Counted from the first letter of the stretch, positions 53,650 to 63,436 are shown. The stretch: 64,000 nt of DNA from an uncultured Gemmatimonadales bacterium (GCA_963793305.1 CAWBZV010000002.1:256001-320000); one strand, 5' to 3'. Notes: a model not told the origin generated them from the sequence alone. Program-made: numbers and translations.

Positions 53650-55236
53650 GTGTCGGTTGGACGGACGCTTCGGCTCTTTGTTCTCGCGACCGGCCTCGCG
53701 GGTTGCGCCGGCACGCCGCCGACGACCACCCCGACGCCGCTCGGCGAGCCGAAGGCCGCCGAAATAGTACCACCGGCGCCCCCACTGCCGCCGATCCCGC
53801 ACTTGAGCGGCCCCCCGGTGATCACGGTGGTATATCCCCGGGCCGGGGCAACGATCGCGGTCCGCGACTCCAATTTCATTCTGGGCTCGGTCGGCACCGG
53901 TGACGCCACGCTGACCATCAATAACACGCCAGTCCACGTGGAGCCGAACGGCGCGTTCCTGGCCTGGCTCCCCCTTCCGGACAGCACGGCATTTCGATAC
54001 GACCTGGTCGCGGTCGAGGGCTCCGACACGGTGCGATATACGCATCCGGTCTCTCGGATTCCAACCGCCGACACGGTCGACACGCTGATCGAGCGCCTCC
54101 CGCCATTTCCCGACAGCGGCCAATACGAGGCGATCGGACTGCCGGCCACACCGGACACCGACCGCGCGATCATCGCGCGGCCGACACCGGCCGGGACGTA
54201 CAAATGGTTCTTCCTCCCGGGAACGGCGTTCCAGGTCACCGGCCGGTCCGGCAACTTCATCCGTGTCCGCCTGGACTCGTCGCTCGATGCCTGGGTCTCC
54301 GCCTCGGACGCCCACCTGGGGCCGACCGCGGTCGTCCCCGTGCCGCACCGCATCGTCACCGCGGCGCGCGTGACGTCGAGCACCGGATACGTCGATCTCA
54401 TACTGCCGCTTGGCGACCGTCCGCCATACGCGGTCGAAGAGAGCGGCTCTGATCTCGTCCTCACACTCTATAACACGAAAATCGCGATCGATCTGATTCA
54501 GTATGATGCCAAGGACAGCCTCGTTCGGACCGTCGCGTGGGACCAAGTCACGAACGACCGGGGGCGGATCACGGTCCACCTGAGCCGACCGCCCTACGGC
54601 TACCTGGCGATGTGGGATGATGTCGTTCACCGGTTCGTATTGCGAATCCGCCGCCCTCCCGTGATCGACCCGTCCGCTCCACTCCGGGGTCGCGTGATCG
54701 CCGTCGATCCCGGTCACCCGCCGATCGGCGCGACTGGACCCACGGGGTTATGGGAACCTGTGCCGACCCTGGCGGTGGGACTCAAACTCGACTCGATCCT
54801 CACGGCGCGCGGAGCGCGCGTGATCATGACCCGCACCACGGCCGACCCGGTTGAGCTCTACTCGCGGCCGATTATGGCGCGCCGGGCGAACGCCGAGGCG
54901 CTCGTGAGCATTCACCTCAACGCGCTCCCCGATGGAACGAACCCATTCCTGGGGATGGGCACGGGGACGTACTTCTTCCAGCCCCAGTCCGCGCCGCTCG
55001 CCCGAGTCGTACAGGAGTCGATGGTGCGGCATATGGGACTCTTCGACCGCGGAATCTTTTACGACAACCTGGCGCTCGCCCGCCCAACGTGGATGCCGGC
55101 GATCCTCTGCGAGGGCGCGTTCATCATTGTGCCGCAGCAGGAGGCCGCTCTCCGAACGAGCGAGTTCCAGCGCACCTATGCCATCGGCGTCGCCGACGGG
55201 ATCGAGGCGTATTTTCGCGCACTCGCCACGCACTGA
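53650..55236 (+). CDS. N-acetylmuramoyl-L-alanine amidase (Amidase_3) lipoprotein
   Basis: Lipobox LAGC 19 aa after GTG 53650; VDPGH, SIHLNA and ILCE catalytic motifs. Confidence 0.9.
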   Translation: MSVGRTLRLFVLATGLAGCAGTPPTTTPTPLGEPKAAEIVPPAPPLPPIPHLSGPPVITVVYPRAGATIAVRDSNFILGSVGTGDATLTINNTPVHVEPNGAFLAWLPLPDSTAFRYDLVAVEGSDTVRYTHPVSRIPTADTVDTLIERLPPFPDSGQYEAIGLPATPDTDRAIIARPTPAGTYKWFFLPGTAFQVTGRSGNFIRVRLDSSLDAWVSASDAHLGPTAVVPVPHRIVTAARVTSSTGYVDLILPLGDRPPYAVEESGSDLVLTLYNTKIAIDLIQYDAKDSLVRTVAWDQVTNDRGRITVHLSRPPYGYLAMWDDVVHRFVLRIRRPPVIDPSAPLRGRVIAVDPGHPPIGATGPTGLWEPVPTLAVGLKLDSILTARGARVIMTRTTADPVELYSRPIMARRANAEALVSIHLNALPDGTNPFLGMGTGTYFFQPQSAPLARVVQESMVRHMGLFDRGIFYDNLALARPTWMPAILCEGAFIIVPQQEAALRTSEFQRTYAIGVADGIEAYFRALATH

Positions 55237-55238
55237 TC

Positions 55239-58139
55239 GTGCTCCGCCTCGCGCTGGCGCTGACGCTCGGAGCGGCCGCGACGGCCGTCGCGCAAGTTGA
55301 CCCGAGCGAACCCTGGCGCGAGATCCGCACGGCGCACTTCCGCATCATATTCACGCCGCCGCTCGAGGACCAAGCCCGCCGCGCGGCGGTGAGCGCCGAG
55401 CGCGACTATGCGGCGCTGGCGAGGGAGCTCGTGCCGCCACGCGGGACGATCGACATCGTGCTGGCTGATAACGTGGATTATACGGAAGGCTCGGCGACGC
55501 CATTTCCGACCAACCGGATCATCGTCTACGCGCACCCACCGGTCAACGTCCAGACGCTCAGGTTCTACGGCGATTGGAACGCGCTCGTGATGCAGCATGA
55601 GCTCACGCACATATTCCACCTCGACCGCGCCCGCGGTTGGTGGAGCGTTGCCCAGCACGTGCTCGGGCGCAACCCGGTGTTCTTTCCAAACCTCTATACC
55701 CCGGCATGGGTCACGGAGGGCCTCGCGGTCTACTACGAGTCGCGCCTCACGGGATTCGGGCGGTTGGCGGGAACGGCGCACAATACGATCGCCGAGGCCG
55801 CGGCACGCGACGGGATGCTGCCGCGGCTCGACGAAGTGAATCTGACGTCACCCGTCTGGCCGCTGGGCGAGGGCTCGTATGCGTACGGCTCGCTCCTGTT
55901 CGAGTACCTGAGCCGCACGCGCGGCGACACGACGATTCCGAAATTCATCGAGCGGACGAGCATCCAGGCCGTGCCGTTCTTTCTCAACCACGCGGCCAAG
56001 CACGCATTCGGCGTCACGTTCGAGAAGGCGTGGGCGGAGTTCCGTGACTCGGTCAATCGAGCGGTGGCCGCATCACCGCCGCCTGGCCCGCGTCTCTCGC
56101 TGCTGTCGCTGACGCGCGACGGCTACCAGGCGATGTTCCCGCGCTGGCGCGACTCATCCACGGTGCTGTTCAGCGCGAACAACGAGAAGGATGTGCCCGG
56201 CCTCTACGCGGTCGACCTTGCGGGGCACGAGCGACGGCTCGACCGCCGGAACGACGCCACTGACAACGACGCGGTTGGCGAGCACACCGTCGTGTACGAC
56301 GAGTTGGACTTCACATCGCCCTATGACCTTCGGTCCGACCTCTATCGCAGCGATCACGGACACCACCGCCGGTTGACGCATGGCGCGCGGTTGTCGTTCG
56401 CCGACGTGCGGCCGGCAGGTGACAGCGCGATCGTGGCCATGCAGGCGATACCCGCGTCGACGCGCCTCGTACTCGTGTCGGCGGACGGACGGCGCATCAC
56501 GCCGTTGACGCGCGGGACGCCGGACACGCAGTGGACGGAGCCTCGATGGTCGCCGGACGGCCGGGCGATCGCCGCCGTCCGGTGGACGCGCGGCGGTTTC
56601 TCCGAGATTGTGGTGCTCGACACGACCGGTATGATCGTGCGGGTCGTAACCCGCAGTCGTTCGGTGGAATCCTCGCCGGTGTGGACCCCCGACGGACGGC
56701 GGATTCTGTTCACGTCGGATCGCACCGGCCGCACAGAGCTCTATTTATCTAACCTGACCGATTCTACGCTCACGCGCGTTGGTGGCGCGGGGGCCGCGGT
56801 GTACTACCCAGCCGTGTCGCCCGAAGGGCGCACGCTAGCTGTGGCCGCCTATCGCGGCGACGGCTACCACATTGCGGTCACGCCTTTCGATACCACAGCC
56901 GGCGTGCGCGTCGCGCGCGACACGCTGCTGGACAGCATCCGGCTGGCGCCGATCGCGTACGACTCGTCGCCATCGCGTCGGTTTCACCCATGGAGTGGGC
57001 TCATCCCGCGATACTGGACGCCAACGGTCGCGCAGACCGATCTCGGCGACTACGAGCTCGGTGTGTTCACATCAGCGTCCGATGTCGTCGGGATCCATTC
57101 GTACACGGCGCAAGTGCTGTTCGACCCATTGCACGCCAACCAGCCCGAAGGCGGCTTCGGGTACGTGTACAGTGGGTTCGGCAATCCCGTGCTCGATGCC
57201 GGCGTGGACGTTTACTGGACGCACCAATATCTCCTCAACGCGAGCGGCGCCACGGTCGCGACGCTCACGCACAGCTCGATCGCGCCGACCATCGGCGCGA
57301 CGCTGCTGCGTCCCCGTGCGCGCACGAATCTGACGTGGACGATCGGCGCCGAGGTCGAGTTCCGCGATTACAGCACCGCGCCGTCCGCCGTTCTCACGGA
57401 GTTGCCGCGGTTCTACGGTACCCACCCGGTGTTTCCATCGTTGTTCTCGACGCTTTCGTGGACAAACGTCAAGTATCCAGGGATCGCCATCTCGCCCGAG
57501 GATGGCGTGGCGGTCTCGGTCACCGGGCAGCAGCAGTGGCAGTGGCAGAGCGGCGCCGCCACGACGCGGAGTGTGGTCGGTGTGTTGAGCGGATACGAGG
57601 GGATCGCGCTGCCGGGGTTCGCGCACCACGTGATCGCCGCGCGCGTTGCCGCCGGGTGGGAAGATGCGAACGCGACGGGCGAATTCGGTACCGGTGGGAT
57701 CAGCGGGCTCGGCATCGGTGTCGTGCCGGGGCTTGGGTTCGGCGACCAACCGCGCGTGTTCTACGTGCGAGGGTACGATCCAAATTCGGAGGAGGGCACG
57801 CGCGCCGTGGTGGGGTCGGTCGAGTATCGCCTTCCGTTGTTCATCCCCGCGCGCGGATTCCACCTCTTCCCGGTTTTCCTCGGCCGCACATTGCTCACCG
57901 TCTTCGGCGACGCGGGCGAAGCCTGGTGCCCGTCCGCACCGTTGCCAGCGGCGTGTTCGCCGGGCGATGTCCAGCGGCATATCATGGAATCGGTCGGTGG
58001 CGAGCTCAATTTCGACGCGACCCTGCAGTACGATATCCCGTACCGGTTTCGTCTCGGCCTAGCTGCGCCGGTCGCGAATCGCCAACGTTACGGCGCGCCG
58101 GTTGTCGCTCCTTATTTCTCTCTTGGTCTCTCGTTCTAA
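55239..58139 (+). CDS. Omp85-family protein with N-terminal gluzincin-like domain and PD40/TolB-like propeller
   Basis: Signal peptide; HELTH plus WVTEGLAVYYE; PRWSPDG, PVWTPDG and PAVSPEG repeats; VRGY loop; terminal Phe. Confidence 0.8.
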   Translation: MLRLALALTLGAAATAVAQVDPSEPWREIRTAHFRIIFTPPLEDQARRAAVSAERDYAALARELVPPRGTIDIVLADNVDYTEGSATPFPTNRIIVYAHPPVNVQTLRFYGDWNALVMQHELTHIFHLDRARGWWSVAQHVLGRNPVFFPNLYTPAWVTEGLAVYYESRLTGFGRLAGTAHNTIAEAAARDGMLPRLDEVNLTSPVWPLGEGSYAYGSLLFEYLSRTRGDTTIPKFIERTSIQAVPFFLNHAAKHAFGVTFEKAWAEFRDSVNRAVAASPPPGPRLSLLSLTRDGYQAMFPRWRDSSTVLFSANNEKDVPGLYAVDLAGHERRLDRRNDATDNDAVGEHTVVYDELDFTSPYDLRSDLYRSDHGHHRRLTHGARLSFADVRPAGDSAIVAMQAIPASTRLVLVSADGRRITPLTRGTPDTQWTEPRWSPDGRAIAAVRWTRGGFSEIVVLDTTGMIVRVVTRSRSVESSPVWTPDGRRILFTSDRTGRTELYLSNLTDSTLTRVGGAGAAVYYPAVSPEGRTLAVAAYRGDGYHIAVTPFDTTAGVRVARDTLLDSIRLAPIAYDSSPSRRFHPWSGLIPRYWTPTVAQTDLGDYELGVFTSASDVVGIHSYTAQVLFDPLHANQPEGGFGYVYSGFGNPVLDAGVDVYWTHQYLLNASGATVATLTHSSIAPTIGATLLRPRARTNLTWTIGAEVEFRDYSTAPSAVLTELPRFYGTHPVFPSLFSTLSWTNVKYPGIAISPEDGVAVSVTGQQQWQWQSGAATTRSVVGVLSGYEGIALPGFAHHVIAARVAAGWEDANATGEFGTGGISGLGIGVVPGLGFGDQPRVFYVRGYDPNSEEGTRAVVGSVEYRLPLFIPARGFHLFPVFLGRTLLTVFGDAGEAWCPSAPLPAACSPGDVQRHIMESVGGELNFDATLQYDIPYRFRLGLAAPVANRQRYGAPVVAPYFSLGLSF

Positions 58140-59008
58140 TGCCCTCCTATCTCATCACCGGCACGAACACCGGCATCGGCCGCGCCACGGCCGAAGCGCT
58201 GGCCGCCAAAGGCGGTCGCGTGATCCTGGCCGCGCGATCGCAAGAGAAAACGATGCCCGTGCTTCAGGAGATTCGTGCTCGATTCCCGAGTGCCGAGCTC
58301 GAGTTCTTGTCGATCGATCTCGCCGATCTCGCGTCGGTCAAGGCCGCTGCGACAACGGTGATGTCCTCGGGTCGCCCGCTCGATGTCCTGATCAACAACG
58401 CGGGCCTCGCCGGCTCGACGGGCCGCACAAAGGATGGCTTTCAGCTCACGTTCGGCACCAATCATCTCGGCCCGTTCGTGTTGACCGAGATGCTGCTCCC
58501 GCTGCTCACGGCTGCGCCGCAAGGCCGCATCGTGAACGTCGCCAGCGAAGCACACCGGGGCGCGAAAGGCATCAACTTTGGCGCGCTGCGTGAATTCGAC
58601 AAGGGATTGATCAGCGCATACAGCGTCTCCAAGCTCGCGAACGTGCTGTACGCGAAGGAGCTCGCGCGGCGCCTCATGGCCACGCATGTGACGACCTACT
58701 CACTCCACCCCGGTGTCGTCGCCTCCGACATCTGGCGCAAGCTTCCGGCTCCGGTCAGGGTGATCGCCAAGCTCTTCATGACCTCGAACGAGAAGGGCGC
58801 AGAGACGTTGGTTTACTGCGCGACCGCTCCAGAGCTGGCGTCGGTCTCCGGGCGTTATTATGAGAAGTCCAGGGAGAAGGAGCCCTCGCCAGTGGCGAAG
58901 GACGAGGCCCTGGCCCGCGAGTTGTATGATTGGAGTGAGTCAGCGGTTACGAGCGTGCTCGGCCAGGGCTGGCGCTCGGCGCAGCCGGGCGCTGTCCAAC
59001 CGACCTAG
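58139..59008 (+). CDS. SDR-family oxidoreductase
   Basis: TGTNTGIG, INNAG, YSVSK and LHPG. Confidence 0.93.
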   Translation: MPSYLITGTNTGIGRATAEALAAKGGRVILAARSQEKTMPVLQEIRARFPSAELEFLSIDLADLASVKAAATTVMSSGRPLDVLINNAGLAGSTGRTKDGFQLTFGTNHLGPFVLTEMLLPLLTAAPQGRIVNVASEAHRGAKGINFGALREFDKGLISAYSVSKLANVLYAKELARRLMATHVTTYSLHPGVVASDIWRKLPAPVRVIAKLFMTSNEKGAETLVYCATAPELASVSGRYYEKSREKEPSPVAKDEALARELYDWSESAVTSVLGQGWRSAQPGAVQPT

Positions 59009-59322
59009 TCGAGCAGCGTAGTGTGCTGCGTCGACGCGCGGCGGAGCCGCGGCAGGTTGCCAGGTCGTGAGTCCAGGCAAACCGGCCAGGGCATAATCGC
59101 GACAAAAGCTGCATAACACGTTATATTTATTAGGCTTGCGCTGAGCTCGATTGTAACGGCGGCGCAGCCCGATTGTCACGTGGAAAAGGCGGCCATTGTG
59201 ATATCACTTTTCTAACACGTTTCGCCGCAACGACTTGACAGCAACTGGTGCGGATACACGAGGCGAGCTACAATGCGCCCCCACCAAGTCTGACTTCGAT
59301 ACTTGTCCAACACGAGCTGATC

Positions 59323-61816
59323 ATGCCCCTTTCCGCGACGCCTCCGTCGGGTCCCGCCTCCTTCAGCCAGAACGCTCGCACCGTTCTCGAGAAGCGCTAT
59401 CTGGTAAAAGATGCGACCGGGAAACCGACGGAGAAGCCAGAGGAGATGTTCTGGCGCGTCGCCAGGACGATCGCCGAGGGCGACCGTCGCTACGGAGCGA
59501 GTGATGGGGCGATCGAGTGGGTGGCCGAGGAGTTCTATCGGCTCATGACCGAGCGGCGGTTCGAGCCGAACTCGCCGACCCTGATGAACGCCGGCCGGCC
59601 ACTCGGCCAGCTCTCGGCGTGCTTCGTGTTGCCGGTCGAGGACGCGTTGTCGAATGGCAAGGACGGGATCTACGACACGCTCAAGTCGATGGCGCTGATC
59701 CATCAGAGTGGGGGCGGCACGGGCTTCTCGTTCTCCCGGTTGCGGCCGAGGGACGCGATGGTCCGCTCGACCACGGGCGTTGCATCGGGGCCGGTGTCGT
59801 TCATGACGCTCTACGATGCGTCGACCGAGGCGGTGAAGCAGGGTGGCACGCGGCGCGGGGCGAACATGGGGATTCTGCGCGTCGATCACCCTGATATCGT
59901 GGAATTTATTACCTGTAAAGAAGACATCACGAAGATCGTGAATTTCAACATCTCGGTCGCGGTCACGGACGAATTCATGCGCGCCGTGCAGGCCGGGACG
60001 ACGTACGATCTCAAGGATCCGCGGACGGGCACGGTCGTGAAGTCGCTCGACGCGAATATGGTATGGGACAAGATGATCCAGGGCGCCTGGAAAACGGGCG
60101 AGCCCGGATGCTTCTTCATCGATGAAGCGAACCGGTACAATCCGGTGCCGCACCTCGGCCCGTACGAAGCGACGAACCCGTGCGGCGAACAGCCGCTGCT
60201 GCCCTACGATGTCTGCAACCTGGGCAGCATCAACATCGGGTACTACGTCAGGGATGGGAAGCTCGACTGGGACGCGTTCCGCCGCGACATCCAGCTGTCG
60301 ACGCACTTCCTCGACAACGTCATCGACGTCAACAAATACCCGCTGGCCGAGATCGACCATCTCTCGAAGCGCATCCGTCGCATCGGTCTAGGCCTCATGG
60401 GCTTCGCCGACGCGCTCGTGCGCTTGGGTATCCCCTACGACTCCACGGAGGGGGTCGAGTTCGGGCGGAAGGTCATGGAGTTCGTCGACACCGAGTCGAA
60501 GCGCGAGAGCGAGCGGTTGGCGCACGAGCGCGGTGCGTTCCCCGAGTGGGCGCGCTCGATCTGGGGGCCGGACGAGACGTGTGCGCGGGGCAAGGACGGC
60601 CAGCGCGTTCGTCCGATGCAGCTGCTCCGCAACTGCAATGTGACGACGATCGCGCCAACGGGCACGATCTCGATCATCGCCAACTGCTCCTCTGGTCTCG
60701 AGCCGCTCTTCGCGGTGGCGTTCATGCGCAACCAGGCGGGCGTGATGATGCCCGATGTCAACGAGGATTTCGTCGCCATTGCCCGGCGCGAGGGCTGGTA
60801 CTCGGAAGCCTTGATGCAGAAAATCGCGACCGAGGGCCACATCAACTTCCCCGAACGTCCCGGAGAAGTGGCAGCGGGTGTTCGTGACCGCGAACGCGAT
60901 CGCTCCAGAGTGGCACATGCGCATGCAGGCGGCCTTCCAGCAGCATTGCGATAGCGCGATCTCCAAGACCACGAACTTCGCTCACACGGCGACGGTGGAC
61001 GACGTCCGCGCGATCTACGAGTTGGCGTACGCGCTCAAGGCGAAGGGCGTGACCGTCTATCGCGACGGGTCGCGCGATGGCCAGGTCCTGTCCACCGGCG
61101 CCACGGAAAAGGCGAAGGCCGAGCGCGATAAGCCGGCTGGAGACAAGCGCGAGATCGGCGAGCTGCAGGGCACGATCAGCGAGCTGCACGCCGAGGTCGA
61201 TCGCCTGAAAAAGTCGTTGTTCGATGTCGAGGCCGAGAACCTGCAGCGCCGCATGAAGCGTTCGCGTCCGGACATGCTGCGTGCGACGTCTCTACGGAAA
61301 GAGACGCCCCTCGGCACCATGTTCGTGCACATCACCGAGGACGATCGCGGTCAGCCGTTCGAGGTCTTCATTAACCTCGGCAAGGCCGGCGGCGCCGCCA
61401 TGGCTGATGCCGAGGCAATGGGTCGCCTGATCTCGGTCGCTCTGCGCTCGGGGATCCCTCTCCAAGAGATCCACCGCCAACTCCGCGGGATCGCCTCCGA
61501 CCGCGCAATCGGCCTCGGCCCGAACAAGGTCTTGTCGGTCCCCGACGCGATCGGCATCGCGCTCGAGGAATGGTGGCGCCAGAAGCAGGGGATCCAGCAA
61601 GACCTTCTCTCGTCATCCCCGACCCCGCCCTCTGTGCCCGCTCTGCCTGCGCCAGTCGCCAACTATTCGAACGGCCATGCCCCCGCCCCGGCCGAGTTCT
61701 CTGGTCACACGAACGGCGAGTCGTTCATTGGCCAGTGCCCTGACTGCGGCTCCTCCCTCGAGTTCGCCGAGGGCTGCGCCAAGTGCCACGTCTGCGGCTT
61801 CTCGGAGTGCGGCTGA
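59323..61816 (+). CDS. nrdJ: Class II (adenosylcobalamin-dependent) ribonucleotide reductase with an apparent +1 frameshift at ~60856
   Basis: PNSPTLMNAG, SACFV, TNPCGEQ, CNLGS and IAPTGTIS, then AISKT, YRDGSR, a TSCPD-like domain and terminal CPDC/CHVC/ECG. Confidence 0.95.
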
Positions 61817-61843
61817 CGGCCATCGTTCAATCTGGAGTCTCGT

Positions 61844-61987
61844 ATGTCGAAGCAAGACCAACACGCGGTGATGCTCGTGAGCGCAGTCGTTCTCGGAGTG
61901 ATCATGCTACAGAATCCGAGATGCAATCGAGGATGCAAGACGGTTGCTGAGCATCTGATTGCTCACGGTATCGACGCTCTGCTCTGA
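61844..61987 (+). CDS. Small 47-aa putative membrane peptide (below the ORF-track cutoff)
   Basis: GGAG 6 nt before ATG; MSKQDQHAVMLVSAVVLGVIMLQNPRCNRGCKTVAEHLIAHGIDALL. Confidence 0.5.
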   Translation: MSKQDQHAVMLVSAVVLGVIMLQNPRCNRGCKTVAEHLIAHGIDALL

Positions 61988-62094
61988 CGTTGCGCATGCC
62001 GGCGGCCTGGTCGCGGGCAATGCTGCTGTTTGGGCTTCAACCCCAGCAGGACGGCTCCTTCTCAGCAAGCTGCGTTTGTGACGGCGTCGCACGA

Positions 62095-62123
62095 TTGCGT
62101 TGCGGTATAAAGAAAGTTATACT
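62095..62123 (+). promoter_or_regulatory. TA operon promoter with overlapping palindromic operator
   Basis: TTGCGT, 17 bp, TATACT, 5 nt, ATG. GTATAA-N6-TTATAC at 62105-62122. Confidence 0.75.
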
Positions 62124-62128
62124 TGGGT

Positions 62129-62377
62129 ATGAAGACCGCTGTCTCCATCCCGGACCCACTTTTCGCTGCCGCCGAGACAGCGGCTGAAGAGCTTGGAGTG
62201 TCCCGGAGCGCTCTGTACAGCCGCGCGCTTCGCCGATTTCTCGCTCGGTACCGCCAACATTCAGTGACCGAGCGACTCAATGCGATTTACGAGGATCAGC
62301 GCGCATTGGCTGACCGGTCGCTGCTTCGCTCGCAATGGAAGCGGCAGTCGCACGATGGCGGACCAGACGAGTGGTGA
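62129..62377 (+). CDS. Ribbon-helix-helix antitoxin (MazE/ChpI-like)
   Basis: MKTAVSIPDPLF...LGVSRSALYSRAL; directly upstream of a PemK/MazF gene. Confidence 0.9.
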   Translation: MKTAVSIPDPLFAAAETAAEELGVSRSALYSRALRRFLARYRQHSVTERLNAIYEDQRALADRSLLRSQWKRQSHDGGPDEW

Positions 62378-62730
62378 CTGATGACGACGTGCGGCGCGGC
62401 ACTCTGTGGTGGATTGATTTGCCTGACGACGGTGGCTCTGGGCCCGCATTTCGCCGACCCGGCGTCGTTGTCCAGGCGGATGCGTTCAACCGAAGCCGGA
62501 TTGCCACGGCGGTCATCGCCCTGCTGACGTCCAATCTCAAACTCGCGGATGCACCTGGGAACGTCATCGTGCGAGCGCGCGAATCCGGCCTGTCGCGCGA
62601 TTCGGTCGTCAACGTCTCACAGCTCTATACCGTTGACAAGTCCATGTTAACGGAACGATGCGGTCATCTCAGCGGCCGAACGATGCGTACGGTCGACGCT
62701 GGCTTGCGCCTTGTACTTGAGCTAGGGTGA
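62371..62730 (+). CDS. mazF: PemK/MazF-family toxin (endoribonuclease)
   Basis: RRGTLWW, RRPGVVVQADAFN, LTSN and DSVVNVSQLYTVDK; overlaps the antitoxin stop. Confidence 0.92.
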   Translation: MVTDDDVRRGTLWWIDLPDDGGSGPAFRRPGVVVQADAFNRSRIATAVIALLTSNLKLADAPGNVIVRARESGLSRDSVVNVSQLYTVDKSMLTERCGHLSGRTMRTVDAGLRLVLELG

Positions 62731-62742
62731 TTGCTGGCGGCA

Positions 62743-62943
62743 TTACCGACGCCGACTAGGCGACGCGAGACCCAGGTATGCCAGCACGCGATCGACCTCC
62801 TCCTCGGCCGCTAGGTCGCGCGCAAGGAGCGCGTAGACCGCGCCCGCCAAGTATGGATCCCACTCAGGGTCCGGCTCGAATCGAGGTCGCTCGTCCGGGG
62901 TATCGCCCCATGTCGTCGGGTCGTCATCGTCGTCACTTGTCAT
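62743..62943 (-). CDS. Possible small acidic hypothetical protein
   Basis: ORF fills the gap between mazF and the LprI-like gene. No clear SD or motif. Confidence 0.3.
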   Translation of the reverse strand: MTSDDDDDPTTWGDTPDERPRFEPDPEWDPYLAGAVYALLARDLAAEEEVDRVLAYLGLASPSRRR

Positions 62944-63010
62944 ACCCGTCTGACGGACGAACACGCAACTTGGATACCCTACGGGGTCGCCTCCTCCGCC
63001 ACGACGATAC

Positions 63011-63436
63011 CTACGAGGGACGGCTACCCTTGCACACGTTCCCGTCCTCTTCAGGGGCTAGCCAGACCTCGAGTTCCTTGACGCGTGCTAGAATCAGCCC
63101 GGCGTTCTCTTCACAGAAGCACGCGGTGAACACACTCCCGTATTCGCCGGGATGCGTATTCGCGCTCGGATAATACGCATCCAACTCGGCGTCCGCATAT
63201 CGTTGCCACGCGCGTTGCGCTGCTTCGAACTTCACGAGAAAGGCCGTGTCGGAAGCGTAGCGCTTGCGGATGGCGGCGAGCCGTGACTGCATGCGCTTCT
63301 GCGCGGCCGAGAGGTGATCGCAACTCACTTCGTTCATGTGGGCTTGCGTGCCCTCTGGCGCCGACTGAGCCAGGCAGGGCGCGGCGACCGCCATCGCGAT
63401 GAGGATGCTAGACAGCGAGGTTCTCGGCAGGCGCAT
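63011..63436 (-). CDS. Secreted LprI/DUF1311-like protein
   Basis: Signal peptide; TQAHMNEVSC, AAQRAWQRYADAE and ARVKEL. Confidence 0.75.
   Translation of the reverse strand: MRLPRTSLSSILIAMAVAAPCLAQSAPEGTQAHMNEVSCDHLSAAQKRMQSRLAAIRKRYASDTAFLVKFEAAQRAWQRYADAELDAYYPSANTHPGEYGSVFTACFCEENAGLILARVKELEVWLAPEEDGNVCKGSRPS

Noticed and set aside
59106..59131. dif-like site (GCATAA...TTATATTTATT)
   Set aside because: The central region is 4 bp rather than 6 bp and the XerD arm is a poor match.
59172..59187. parS-like sequence ATTGTCACGTGGAAAA
   Set aside because: It has several mismatches in the palindromic arms and I saw only one copy.
59009..59322. Cobalamin riboswitch upstream of nrdJ
   Set aside because: No B12-box or conserved core was recognised.
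59323..61816. Natural NrdJa/NrdJb split
   Set aside because: The break falls inside the catalytic domain, before AISKT/YRDGSR, and one base removal restores a single ORF.
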